Part shown: positions 40,104 to 54,500 of the stretch, in pieces
How the letters are laid out: every line of letters begins with the position of its first letter
Numbering within the stretch: position 1 is the stretch's first letter
Made by a program: the position numbers and the translations under genes
Assembly: GCA_043228905.1 (NCBI GenBank)
Contig: JBHGNT010000017.1
Span: 3,658,001 to 3,722,000 of the forward strand
DNA: 64,000 nucleotides
Source of the DNA: Azolla caroliniana
Taxonomy: Eukaryota; Plantae; Polypodiophyta
Direction of reading: 5' to 3'
Notes under the pieces: model-generated
What the model saw: only the letters and a program-made list of their open reading frames with translations
The model's database searches: none
Told to the model about the DNA's origin: nothing

Positions 40104-43100
40104 CTAGAACCCAAGCCTACGTGTACAATGATCCGAGAGGTTTGCAATGACAAACCCAGCAAAAACCTGCAAAACCAGGAACCAGAAGCCAAATTACGTT
40201 GTTTTATTTATAAATGAGTTTATTTAAGTTTATCACTTCCATTTTGAGGCTCAATTTGTAAACCTGGACAGAACCAAGCACATAAATGGCTGAGAAATGT
40301 CTTCCATGGATAACCATATCTGCAACCATTGCCAAAGGTATTGTTAATGACATCCCAAGAGTGGCAACGAGAGGAGTCGTCCATACTACTGATAGTGCCC
40401 TGTTCCAACATAAGAAGAAAAAAAACATGCATAAACGAGAAAAAGTTATGGTATCAACAAACGCCTTAGCTGAAGTACAAATATAACAGCATGCCTGGAA
40501 GAGAAAAGGCTATATAAAATCAATGCAAATTTACCGGAAGTACCATCTGTAAAATAGTACATACCAGAAATAATCAGAGATGACACTACCAATAAAGCCA
40601 TTGGCGAGAACCACCTCGTCTACTTTTGCAGACCTCGGAATGCTGAATTTGGGTTCTAGATTTAGAGCAGTAAGTGGCCACACTGTTCCCAAAGACATAT
40701 CATAAGAAGCCTCCCCAGATATAACAAGAAAAACAAAAACAAAAAAACTAATATTAGAGTTAAAAGGAATATCAAAGGCAGAAATCCTCACCACATATAA
40801 ATAAATGCTTGATTCATAAGCAGCTTTTTCAAGATTTAACTTTGCAACAACATGAGCCAAGAACTCAACTAAAATTGTACATAGATTCAATTTTGCAGGT
40901 GAATGGATGATGTCTCAAATGATACTTCCAGGCATTATTTTCTGGACGTCACTCAGGGCTTGAAAATCATTCCTTAACAATGTGATAGGATGACTTTTTA
41001 AATAATCCAGATCTTGGAGAGAATGTTTTTTACATAGAGGTTGTGAACCATAGACTCTAGATTTAGTACTTTCATCATAGCTGTCAACAGGGTGACGGGA
41101 TGAAAGTGATGGAATTATATCAGTTATTAGTGAACACACGGGCAATTGAGAAAAATCAGAACCTCTAGGATTCTTATCATTAAACTGCCACATTCTTCAA
41201 TATAGTTAGATTAGATTAGACTTGATATTTTTTACCATCCATAGAGAGGCCAATATTAACCCATGGGACCTAAGTACACAAGTTTCCTTGATGTGCGCCT
41301 TCTTCCTAAGAAGAGGAATTCAGGGATATAAGCTCAACCTTCTAGGTCTTCTCTTTAGAGTGACACTCAAGTCATCACCCCCTCTTAATATGTCATCATA
41401 GCTTTCACGAATTGCACTATATGCAGAGCATGTAAGAAGCAAATGATACTCATCCTCTACTAGCCCTTCCTCACATACCTTACATGCCTTTATATTTGAC
41501 GGACTTTGATGCCATAAGGCAACTTCAATGCCTAGATTGTGTGATCGAACGCAAAGGAGTGGGCAGGGGAAAGGCATAATATTTTCATGGTATCCATAGA
41601 TAGCTCCCTTTCTATCGTACCAATCATGGCTGAAGAACTAACAATTACTATTACGATTGTATATATTGATTGCAAGAAAGTATCCTTTTGGCACTCACAA
41701 AAAACCATAACTGACCTCACCTAACCACCACATTGCAACAAGGGTAAATAAGCCAATATAACCAAACACCTTCTGCATATCGGCACTTTCCCCTTCCTTC
41801 CCATCAATATTTTCATGGTATCCATAGATAGCTCCCTTTCTATTGTACCAATCATGGCTGAATAACTAACAATTACTATTACGATTGTATATATTGATTG
41901 CAAGAAAGTATCCTTTTGGCACTCACAAAAAACCATAACTGACCTCACCTAACCACCACATTGCAACAAGGGTAAATAAGCCAATGTAACCAAACACCTT
42001 CTGCATATCGGCACTTTCCCCTTCCTTCCCAGAAATTTTCTTCAGCAAGACTGCAGTAATAAGCAGAAATGATGTTACATATTTTTCAGACAGAAGTTAA
42101 AGAGCAACATCTCAGGTCATCAAGTAAAATTTTACCAGTGAATAGTCCATATGAAACAGCCGAAAGAAGTCCCAATATATCCCCTATAATTGAGTGTTCT
42201 GCCATCCTGACCCAACAGGGTGTATAAGAAGCCAAATAAAATGATTCTTCAAGAGTTATGGCTTTCAACGGACAATGAATTCTAATTGCATCCTTACTCA
42301 GTTGGGGATATCTCTGTTTCGTCGGATGCCCATGTTTTTCCAAGTGTAGTCATGAAAACTCCAGTGATGCTTACGGAGACTGCTATAATCTTACTAGCAT
42401 TCATAGAATCCTGACCTAATAAAGCACTAAAGAACAAGGTGAATAGTCCTGATGTTGATGAGAGGATTGTGGTGCTTGCAACACTTGTATTAGCCAATGC
42501 CGCATTTGACAAATACTGTGAAAACCACCACATTACACTATTCTTTAATTCGAATTTTGCACAATATATTTACATTTAAAACAGAGTTCAAGTAGTGTTT
42601 ACCTCTGTTAGAAACCACAATGGGGCTATAGAAAAACTCTTTTTTGCAATCTCCCATGAGGTTATTTGACTTGAGCTCTCCGCGAAGTTGCTGATGCCCT
42701 CTTCAAGGGAATAGGTGCCTTCCCTTTTAGCAATAAGATATTGCAAATCTGGATCTGACCCTTTCAAAGTGCCATTGCCCTTCAGAGGAGACCTCGGCGA
42801 AACACAACTACTCTTCAAATTGACAATTTCTATGGATTTGGTTTGCCATAATGGGTAATGCTTTACAATGCATGTACAAATATAATCCTTAACAAAGGAA
42901 AGTGGAAGGTAAACCACCATTAGAGATGCGCCAAGGAACGTCAGGACGAATGGGTGTTTATATGCAGCAAATATACTCTGCAATGGATCACTCTAAGATT
43001 ACAAAACCACTTCCTCAACTAATATTGAAAGTTTAAAGCCATGCATAAAACAGTTATGTGCATTAATTGTGCAGCAAATAAACTCTGCAAGGATCTTTTT

Positions 43101-44788
43101 CCCATCAGGGAAATCATCGTCATGTGCAAAATAGCTGGGTTTAGTAATTGACCATATCATTTTTCCATTACAAAAACATTTCATGAAGACACCATGTAAT
43201 GTACAAAAGATCCATATGTGAAGTGTTGATGTTTAAATGCAGCAAATATTCTCGGAAACAAACCATTTCTTTATTGAAAAATCATTTATGAAATCAATCT
43301 TCAAGGATTAAGGTGATGTACAAAAGTGCTATATTTGCATAAATTTTTTTATATAGTTTTTCCATTAGAAAATTTGCTTCTTAAACCCATCTTGAAGTCT
43401 TCATGCAATGTAGAAAATAATTATTGAAATTGGCCAATGGCGATTCCAGATAATGATGAACGCCAGTTGAACCACAAATTTAGTTAAAGTTTCACTGCTG
43501 GGGATATCTTATATAAATGATGAAAGGCCTTCTTAAGATTATGTACTCACTAAGAATTAATTTCATATCCAAGAAGCATGATTGCTCCTGAACAAGGTAA
43601 TTAACACCCCATGGGCCACAACCAAAGCTTAGCGCCCCTTTTGGTATTTCTTATTAATAATCAGTTGAAGAGGATACAATAAGAGTAGATAGGTTATGTT
43701 TATTACCAACTAAAACCCAAACTACTATCTACTAAGTGCAGTAGAAATCTGATCATATCTGCTACGAGACCCATCTGAAATGACTGTCCATTAACTCTAT
43801 AGCTGAATTCGGATATTACATCAAAAAGAGTTTGTTTAAATAAGGAAAAATTTCCTCATGCTGCTAAGTGTCACCTCCTCAAAATTCTGCTTTAGCACAA
43901 TCCTAATTGAACTAATCACATGCTGACCCAAGGGCCTACCAGGATTCGCTCTTCCAGTCTACAGACTGTCGGCCCTCAATCATTTCACACCAGCCACACA
44001 ACGCCATCTTGCCCAATTTCAAGAGTTCCATGGTGTAAAATAATAATACAACATAATAACTAAAGAAAAATAACATTCAAAAAGAAGAAGAACTTGACTT
44101 AATTACATATGTTTATATACAGCAAACCTACTCTAAAGTGAATTCAATTTTTCATTAGAAAATCAATTCCTCAAACCAATTCTCCATATGATGTACAAAA
44201 GAGCTAAATGTGCATTGATTTTCTATATTTATATGCAATAAATACGTTCTACAATAGAATTTCCATTAGAAACACAGTTCCCAAATCAATATTGAAGACT
44301 CAAAGTGATGCGCCAAAAAAGCTAAATCAACATTCATAGGCTATGGAACTCCTTTCTAGAACCATTCTTGAAGGCTCAACGTGGTGCACAAAATAGCTAT
44401 AGAGCCATTAGTTTCTGCATCTCATTTTATCCATTCATCAAACCATTATTGAGGGGTTTGATGTGATGTAAAAAAGCACTATATTTGCATTAAATGTTAG
44501 GAAACAGTCTTCAGCTCATCCCGTAAGGTTCAATGTGATGCACAAAAGAACTAACTGTGCGTTAATTTGTTTATATCAATTTTTCATTGAGAACACGATT
44601 CTCAAACCAATCTGGAGGGCTAATGTGATGGGAAACATGTGGAACTTTGCAATATACTTTAGCAAGCAAACAAAATGGAGACAGAAAAAGGGGAGGAAGA
44701 TTGAGACCTGCGTAACTTCTGCAGAAGTGACCCATATGACCACAACCGAGCCAATGAGTAGCAAACCTGCATTATACCTCCAACTCAT
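40104..44788 (-). CDS. EamA/DMT-superfamily transporter (SLC35F5/THI74-like), ~387 aa, 8 exons
   Basis: Exons 44788-44708, 42977-42603, 42515-42298, 42206-42136, 42050-41949, 40682-40565, 40399-40264, 40166-40104. Motifs [71 protein letters not shown]. Confidence 0.93.
41204..41803 (-). mobile_element. Chimeric intronic insertion: LINE 3' end (41204-41576) plus a copy of the adjacent host exon 5/intron (41577-41803)
   Basis: RSHNLGIE...[22 protein letters not shown] and a (TCTAA)n tail. 7-bp TSD TCAATAT at 41197-41203 and 41804-41810. 41578-41803 repeats 41806-42031. Confidence 0.85.
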
Positions 44789-45129
44789 TTAAGAAGATTA
44801 ACTCGGGTCTGGCCGTTGAGATCCCAAAAATAGATCGAATCTTGTTCCTGTAGCAAATCTAAGATAAAGAAACAAAACAAAGAACGTGATCCAAAAGCAA
44901 GATTAGGGCTTTTAAAAGACAGAGATCATAGTAGAAGGAGAAGAAGAAGAAGAAGAAGAAGCCGAGGAGGAGGAAACACGGGAAACAGTAGTGTTACATA
45001 TGTATACATATATGATAGAAGACAAACGAACGTGCTGCTTGCTTTGCTTTTGCTTTTGCCTTTGCTTTTGCGTTTGCGTTTGCTTTTTTTGGGTCTGTGA
45101 ATCATGAAGTGAGGATCTCTAGGCTTTCC

Positions 45130-45352
45130 ATAAGACTCGAACCCATGACCTCTCCATGAGACTTGAGCCCATGACCTTTATTTTTATTTATTTTTACCTC
45201 TTCTCTAAAGGGTGTCTTTCAAGAGACTTGAGCCCATGACCTCTACTACTACTACTACTACTCTATAGGGTGTCTCTGTGAGACTTTTGAGCCCATTACC
45301 TTTACCTCCACTCGCATCTCGACTCTCCATGAGACTTAGAGCCCTTAACCTC
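45130..45352 (-). repeat. Array of five B-box-like units upstream of the transporter gene
   Basis: Plus-strand units: GACTCGAACCCATGACC, GACTTGAGCCCATGACC (x2), GACTTTTGAGCCCATTACC, GACTTAGAGCCCTTAACC. Confidence 0.75.
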
Positions 45353-46311
45353 TGCTTCCGCTTTGGGGGTCTCGGCCCATATTATTATGAACACATAACC
45401 CACGCAAAAAAAAAATTGGTCGCTTTACAATGATAGTTTCCTTGAGAGCCTCGATATGTATTGACAACTTTATTATAAACACGTTAGTGAACGCTTCGTA
45501 TGTAACCACGAATTACTGATGGGCAAACAAATCTTTGAGAAATGGGCATCTGTGAACACAATGCTCCATTGTAGCGTACAAAAGAACAATCTTCAAACCA
45601 CTTGTGTCCTCACTCGTCATGCGAGGTCGACCATTGGGAAGGAAAGAATGGAGTACGAAATAAGAAGGCAATAAGAAAGACACAAATAGAAGGGTGTGAG
45701 AGGGAATGCACGCTCTCAAGGACCTCCTACTCCACTAAGCCATTGCTTTGTGTGTGAGTTGTCAAAATACACGATAATAATAATAAGGAACCACTGCCCT
45801 CCTATGTGACCCAGGGGTTTAGCTTGAAAAGAGCATGGGAGGGAAAAAAAGGCTACACTGGATACCCTTTTCCATTGGACGCCCTGTATTATTGACAATG
45901 GCATAGTCCAATTATCACACTATGGCACATCGTGACAATCAACTTATGGCATATAGATTGTGGAGATATAAGCTCACATGAACAAACACCCCCCATGTGA
46001 GATATCTTTGCTTAAGATTGATGTGTTGCATGTAACTGCCCAATATTGCCAATCTAGGTTGGTCGTAGCCACTATCTCTGTGAGAAGCCCATGATCCCAC
46101 CAAACAAAATCACCATCTTTGAATCTCCAATTGGTTTGGGGGCAAAGGAGTTTACAAAAGATTAATAATCAAATTCATTTAGCATTGTAAAAACAATATG
46201 TGAATTCAAGAGGACATGAAATAATGTTATATCAATAAGGTAGCAACTACATATTAATACAATAAATTGGATACGGCTAAAGTATTTAGGAATGTTTTAA
46301 TGGAAGTAAGA

Positions 46312-46385
46312 ACATATGTGGTGAAGTGGTGGCACATGTTTAGCGCTTAATGGTTCCATGCCTCGGGTTCAAATCTCTCTTTGGT
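46312..46385 (+). other. tRNA-derived (SINE-head-like) A/B box remnant
   Basis: TGGTGAAGTGG at 46319 and GGGTTCAAATC at 46365-46375. Confidence 0.5.
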
Positions 46386-49300
46386 TTATACTATATTCCC
46401 AAATGTTTAATCAATGTAGGCATGAATAACACACCATTTACATGAAAAGGTGCACAAGTAACACTAAGCTAAATTTGTTGTGTAGATTTCCACCTTTGGG
46501 TAAAAGCACTTAGTGAGGATGTTTTAGGTAGAATGTTGCTAATAGGATCCTCCGAGACAACGGGCAATATAATTCACCATAGATAGTTGAAAATTAGGAT
46601 ATTGGAAAAGAAAGGTTAACAATGATCTTCCAAGGATTGTCCGTTACAAATTGAGCCATCATAATCTAAACTCATATCACTGATTGAATTATCCTCATAA
46701 ATTCACATATAAAATGTATAAACTAAAAGGTCATTAAAAAAGACAAAATCATAGTTTTGATGTAATTCTAGTCCTTGTTACCATTCTTTTACAAACATTC
46801 ACAATAGAGTAATTTTGTTATTACCACGATGAATCCTTATAAAAGCAAATTCCTAATTGGTAAAAGGTGAAATGAATATGGTCATTTCATGAATTGATCT
46901 TTTGCTTCCAACATTCTTTTAGGTAGATTCAGCTAGGAAATTAAGAAAGACAAGAAAAAGGGGTGTATTATGTTTATGGGAATCTTTGATTGGTTTTTTA
47001 CTTGGTTTCTATAATGCAATAATTTTTTTGATCAATCACTACATATTAGACATGCTGGCAATTTGTCAAATAAAAGGATGTCATCAATTTGAACATGTGA
47101 AAATGTATGTAGTTTGTTCCATTAAAAAAAACTTGTGTAGGCAAACAAACTACATATCCCCATATTCTTTGGATTCATTTAAACCTACCAGTACACAAAG
47201 TTGGCTTCACCTCAACGATGCATGAACTGCTTTTCTCCATGTACATTAGTTTCTTGGTTTCTAACTTCAGGATAACGATAGAGAAAGTGAGATTATTTGG
47301 GATCGTTTCAATCTTAGAGGGTGTTCTATGTATTTATTTAAAATATATCAACATGATTTATGGATAAAATAGTTAGAGCATAGGTTGGTCATGCAAAAGA
47401 AATGCCATGAATGAATCATGTTTCTTGTACATCTATTGGCATTTATCTCAACATTGTATGATGCATTGCATCAAATGTATCAAGAGAATTTAAGCTTGAT
47501 CGCTTTTGTCTCTAAAATTGATTTGTACGGTCTACCAATTTTATGATGCACTATTCATGGCACCTTTCGAACCAAGGGTTTGTTGGAAATAGGATCATTC
47601 GTAATCACGATAATCATTGAAGTGTCTCACTCGAAATTTTAATTCAAGCAAATAAAATATCATTATTATAAGTTCCCCCACATGCTACAACTATCAAACA
47701 TAGTATTGTCTATTTATAATGTTTAAACAATAAACCCCATCTAACCATTGTTATATCCATCAAATGTCACCATCATCCCTTACCTCTAAGAGTGCAATTG
47801 TAGTGGTTGAAGGCTTATAATGTTCACGAACTTTCAATTATATTCAATCTTATAGCTACTTTGATTTGGTTAAAGAAGAGAGGAGCAATACCAATGCGAG
47901 GATCAAGCTTGATTTGCATAGTTTCCATCGTACATCTTTACAAGTCCTTGAACAAAGGCTCTTCCATTCATGCATGAAACGACATTTCATTCGCAATACC
48001 ATTACTTTTGTATTCCCACCACATGACCTTTCACGAGTGAATGTTCAACCTCAATGCAAGTCCCCCAACTCAAAACGAGAAAAAACAATCGCATATAAGT
48101 AATTATATTTTACCCAATCTAGTGTTAGGTTTTACCTTCACATTTGTCCTTTGAAGTGTTTCATTGAGGAGTTCAATAAACAACGTATTAAATGTGGTGT
48201 TATATATTCGATGAAAGAAATATAGGTAATGACAATATGTTCAACAATAGGATCACATGTAGGTTTCCACTACAAACTCCAAAAGTGGCATAACTATAAA
48301 TTATTAGCATGTTTATAAGATTGTGATTCACATAACTTATTAGGATTTATTTTTTTAGTAATCTCTTCGTGAGAATGGTAAAAAATTGAATTGAGCATAT
48401 TGGAGATATTATTATTTATATTTTGGTATTCTGTATAAAATTTTGTATTTAGTTTATGAAAACAACATTAGCTACTAGTTAAGTTACAATTCCTCAACAT
48501 CATTTGAAACACTTTTTGCATTAGCAATAGCCTCCACAATTGTGAAAATACTAGAGAATGTCACATGTGTAAGCCTAAAAGCAACGTTCACACATTATGG
48601 AATGATGTTAGTACTAAACTAGTTACATGCCATACTCTAGAATGAACTTCATTCTACATCAATATTAAACCACTTGAATATAGAATGAAATATACTTTTA
48701 AGTAAAATAATGCTAGTAACCTAGTACTAAAACAATTACAACAACACTAAAGCACCTATAATGAAGTTAGTACTAAATTATCTACAAAACGAGGTTACCA
48801 ACAACATGCCATTGTATGCATTAGCTCAATATTAAAGCTTCAATACAATTCTATGGAATGAGCTAGTCTAGAAGCACCAAATATCACTATATGGACTGAA
48901 CCATTTTCCTTGATACTAAAATAGTTGTAAAGTGCATACATGTAAGGCTTGAACTTATTAAGAAACTAGTTGTACACTTACGTATAGAAGGACGTTAATA
49001 TTAACTAAGGAATATAGAATGAACGTATTAAGTAATGACTAAAAATACGCATATATATAGAATCAACAATTCCCATTACACTCAACACCCCAGGAGTTAA
49101 CTTTTATACCCATAGGTGAGTATCATTCAAACCCAATTTTACTTTTACAATCTATACATGCATATGTTTTCTCATTATGGTACTTAGCTCACAAGATATT
49201 ATTATATGTATGCAAAGTGAGCAAAATCACAACATCTGTTGCCACAAGCTTGAATTCGAGGCCATAGAATCCACAATTGCATTGTACCAAGTAGTCACCG

Positions 49301-50453
49301 ATCTATAAAATACTAGATTTATAGATATTGTGTAACATTGTCCTTCATAGAAGAAAAACAAAGAATATTTCCAAGATATAGCAATGTTGGTAATTACACT
49401 TTCCAAGCTTGTTGGATGCTCAACTGCAAATGGACATATGGGTTCAAAACCATTTTCTTTTGCAATCTATCATCGAAGATGCAAGTTTTTCTGAATGAAG
49501 CTTTAAGGCGCACAACTTTTCATCAATTTTAGTACAAGAACACTTCCATGATTGAAGATCCCTCTACATCGAGAATAATTGAGCACCCATAATTTTCATA
49601 ACCTTCTTCAACTCCTCCTTTAGAAGATTGCTTGTTGAATTGTGGACTATTGAGGCAATCCAATCATATGTATTTGAAATGGAAGAGAAGGTCTTTGTCA
49701 CAATTTTACATGAGGTATAACTACTTCCAAATCAACAAGCAATTGTTGTATTCTAGATTTTGTTATTGTTATTCAATTTAGCAATAACTTTTCCTTGTTT
49801 TTTGACAGTGTTACCTTTACATTTGAGGTGGATTGGAATGACACTAGCTTCATATTTGAGGTTTCAAGATGAGAGGGACCCTCTAAATTTAAGCCTTTGT
49901 TTGTACTTTTTTTTTCCAAAGAAGAATATACTCCATTAGTTAAAATGACATACAATACACAACTTTAGACATTACCTACTTCCATATGGGCTACATCACT
50001 TATTTATAAGCCTTTGTTTGTACTTGAGGAAACTCTATAATATGTTGAACGGTAATGAATAAAATCTTCTCAGTCGACCTATATGCCACTTTTAGCTTCA
50101 CATGCAAATTTGCAAGCAAAAAACTATCTCTATTTCATTGTGTAAGACATGTTGTGTATCATAAACTCATTCATAGAATCATATAGCTTCTTGAAGGTGT
50201 TTTGTAGCTTCTCATTTAAGTTTCTTAAAGGAAATTCCATCCATATTTTAATCATCCATTCTCTCACTTCTTCATAGATGACAGGTGTCACGATTTGCAC
50301 AAAGGAAATAAGTTCACCTTAATTTTGTCCCTCAAATAACCATAGTTCTAATATCTTAGTTTCTTTGGTGGGCATCTTCTTGATTGGTGTCTTCTTTTGT
50401 TCCCTCTTTCTAAATAGACTTTCACAAAACACATTAAAAAAATAGAATATGGG

Positions 50454-50859
50454 TAACAATTGGCAACGGTTCGGTTCGGTTTGAGAGGGTCCAAACCGAA
50501 CCGTTAAAAATTGTTAAAAACTGAACCAAACCGAACCGAACCGTGAAACCGTTAAACCATTAAACCGTGGTTTCATGGTTCGGTTTTGGTTTTCAACATA
50601 GGTCAAATTTTTATTTTTTTAAAATTTATAATATTTCATTTTTAAAAATTTAAATTTTTTTAAAGATGTTCTTAAAATGTGAAAATAAGGTCTAAAAATG
50701 AAAAGATTGTTTAAAAACATTTTTTAAAAGAAATAAGAAATAAAAAACCGTTAAACCATTTAAACTGCGGTTTTTTACTGATGAAACCGAACCGAACCGT
50801 TGGAACCGTTAAGCCGTTAAACCGCAATTCGGTTCGGTTCGGTTCATTGCCGATTGTTA
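50454..50859. mobile_element. hAT-family MITE (406 bp)
   Basis: TIR TAACAATTGGCAA / TTGCCGATTGTTA. 8-bp TSD AATATGGG at 50446-50453 and 50860-50867. Subterminal AACCG/CGGTT repeats. Confidence 0.93.
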
Positions 50860-51463
50860 AATATGGGCATATACAAGGAGAGGAACAAATGCAAATTTCA
50901 AGTTTGTAAGGTCTCTTTTTGTCTTAGGTGCACACACATACAAGTAATAGAAGAAACAAGAAAATATGCATAAGTTTAGGTACAAAGACAACAAAAAACA
51001 AAAGGTTCAGCAACAACTACTAGCTTCACATGTCTCTTAGAAAGCTAGTTACAAGCCACACACACAAAAAAAGTATGCACGGGCAACACACAAATACAAC
51101 ACATTTCTGATCATAGTGGGCACAAGCAAGCCAAACCAAATGCAATATCAAAGAATGCACAATGACCAAACATAGTAGATCAAGTATAAACACAATACTT
51201 AATAGAATTTGTACAAAATTTGAACAAAGTATATAGAGCACGTACAATAAAATAATGTAGCAGAACATCTACAAAAATGAAAACGTAGCACATTAGGTAC
51301 AAGAACATACCATAGCACATCATGTACAAAATCAAAACATAGTAGATTACATATAAGAACATAGTGTACCAGATGTTCATACACCTACACCTTGGAATTA
51401 GCACATACAACCTTCGATATTGGAAACAACGAGAAAAACATATATAGGGACATGGATACAAAC

Positions 51464-51465
<2 letters not shown>

Positions 51466-51530
<65 letters not shown>

Positions 51531-54500
51531 AGAAGAAGAAGAAGAAGAAGAAAGAAAGATATATTAACGTCTTCTACGGCCAAATTGGCCCATGAGACAA
51601 ATGGTTTACAACAAAAAATGGGATATTTACCCATTCATTGAAAGTAAAAAATAAAAATAAAAATAGAGTTTAAAGCTAAATATTTCTAGTAAAATAACAA
51701 ACATGTTCTACAGTGAAAATGATGTTATACTAGGCCTAATTTCATTTCCATCCAAGTCTCTCGAAGAGAAGCGGGAGGTCAAAGGGTTTCAATGTGGATG
51801 TGGCCCGTGGCCCCAATGTAAAAGCTACCCCAACCATAGCTTCTAGTCGACGTAGCTCACATTCCCTTATCTTCTTAATCCTTTCTACTCCGTGTCGACT
51901 TGTTTGGAAGCCCAACATCCAAGGGCGTTTGGTTGTTCTTTGCATTTTGGCTTCCTCAAGAGAGAGGCCGAGCGGCATAAGTGTATCCACATTCATCGTC
52001 TCCCCTTGTTCCTGAAAATTTACACTAGTTACAAGTTAATGAATAGTAAAAGGGTTATGGTCAACACTTTGTAATTTATTCTCCCTATGTTGTTTTAGAT
52101 CTAACATATACCTACCTAGTCTCTTTACATCCGGGGTATCTAATAGTTTGGAGAAGGTGGGAGAGGGTCCTAATATGTCTTGGTATTCCACTCGTATCTC
52201 GACATAAGTTGGGCACTTGCATGTGAAGTGTTACTCATCCTCTATCTCTATGTGGCACAACCTACATAGCCTTTCCTCTCTAGGGACTCTATTAGCCCGA
52301 CCATTCTCAATCTCAAGTTGGTGAGATGATATCCTAAGTTGTCCAATGGCCACCCTTAGTGCATTTGATAAGAATGTATCTAGATATCTTGGTCGTGTAA
52401 TAAAACCTAACTGAGAGAAGTGCAAGAAGTGTTCCTTATAGTACAACATTTTAGATGGGAGTGGCTCTCGTGGGGTGATCCATTTATATCGAGTGTAAAT
52501 TTGCCATATTTCTTGGTGTATCACTTTATTATGGTCTTCATGAGATATTAGAGTTTGATCAGTCCCATGGTTGTACTTAAGGGGGAGTAGGTTATTAATG
52601 TCCATGTCGTTTGCAAGTAACCAACTCACCACAGTGCTATACCAAGAGCTAGTGTCTCCAAACGCATGTAGGGATTGGGATGCCTCAAAGGCTCGATGGG
52701 ATATCCTATCTTGTGGTTGGCTATGTATCCGATGAATAAAAACTACCACTTGAAACAGTGCTTCTACTAACATCGGGGGCAAACTGAACTCTGCTCTAAT
52801 AATGTCATGTGGTACCGTCGATTTGCGTCGGAGTTGACGTGATAACATCGTCACCAAAGGTCTCTCAAATTGCGTCCACATGAAAGATAGTAGACCTGGA
52901 GTCCATTATATTGATGCCTACATGAGGGAAGGGATCACTAATGAGTCGAAGAGCCATCCCTTAGTCTGTGGCTCTTGAAAGTATGCCTGGTGGCATTGTC
53001 TCTCTAAGAGTGATAGGGATGCATACCCTCTCGTTAGCCTATCTTTGGCTACTTGGGTCATCGAGAATTTATCGGAACAAGCACTAAAAGTGACTCCCAA
53101 GTATACATATGATCCAACTACCTCAACTAGTTTATGAGAGAGGATTAGGTGACATTTACTCCTAACTCGGGACGATGTATGAAAGATAAGGACTTTAGTT
53201 TTCGCTAGATTCACTACCAGTCCTCGTTGTGTACAAAAGTCATCTAGGGCATTAAGATGCATTTGTAGGTCGTGTTCCGACTCTGAGAGCAAGACAATGT
53301 CGTCTGCATAGAGTAAAAAACTAACTTGTGTATCCCCAATAGCTACTCCCTTGCCTCCCTTACGAGCAATAAAATCAGTGATCTCATCAATGTAGATCCC
53401 AAAAAGAGTTGGTGATAGGGTGCAACCCTGTTTTACACCAATGGTGCTAATGAAGCAATCAGATAGGTCACCTGGGCATCTTACGCACCTAGAGACTTGC
53501 TCATATAGGGCATAAATGACCCAGATCATGTCATTTGGTATCTCCAAGCTCTTAAGTCTATCAAACAACTTCTCTCTAGGAGCTGTGTCAAAGGCTTTGC
53601 AGAAGTCCACAAAGCAACAATATAATTTCTTCTTACGAGCCTTCGTCTAGTCAATTAAGCACCTAAGTGTGAAGATATGGTCAATAGTGGAGAAGGCTCG
53701 TCTAAAACCAACCTACTCAAGTGCTCGAAGACTTAATGTTTCCATTAATCGTTGAGCTCAACTTCCATTATCGCACCATATAGTTTAGCGGGCGTATGAC
53801 CTATCATAATGATCCTATATGTATTTGGGTCCATTGGGTCCCCTCCTTTATGTATAGGGGCCATTGTGTTCATGGTCCATTGTGGTGCAAAACCCTCAGC
53901 GAGGGCGCGGTTGAAGATTAGAGTGAGAAAGGGGGCTAGGCACTCTCGAGCATATATGATGTGCTCGACTCGCAATCTTGTGTGGTCCATGGATTTCCTA
54001 TGTTGTAATTTTTTTATGACCTTGGCGACCCTAGAGGTCGTGAAAAGTGTCTGGTTGGTTCGGGACATGGTAGAGTCTCTCGATATATGTGTGCCAAATA
54101 TTGGGATCCTTGATGGGTGTTTGTGGTCGTGGTTCCCGTAATCTCTTCCATGCAAGGGTGCAATCCCTACTCATGAGCATATGGTAGAGTTCCCAATATT
54201 GGGATGCTTCCCAAGCTCGTCTTTTACGACGTGTCATCTTGCACATCTCATTTCAAGCCTGTACTGAGGAAATAGTACCACTAAGTTGCGACACTTTAAG
54301 TTGTCTATACAACTTTCTACAATCCTCGTCATACCACTTGTTATGTGGCATAGACCCTATTCTACTATGATTGGAGTGTTTCGTGTATGGGAAGCTACTA
54401 ATTGTTGTTGAGGGAAGGATGTGTATGAATTCTATAGTGAGGTTCTCTAAAGGCAAGGAAGAATCAAAAGAGGAGAGATGGGCTTGAACATGTCAGGAGT

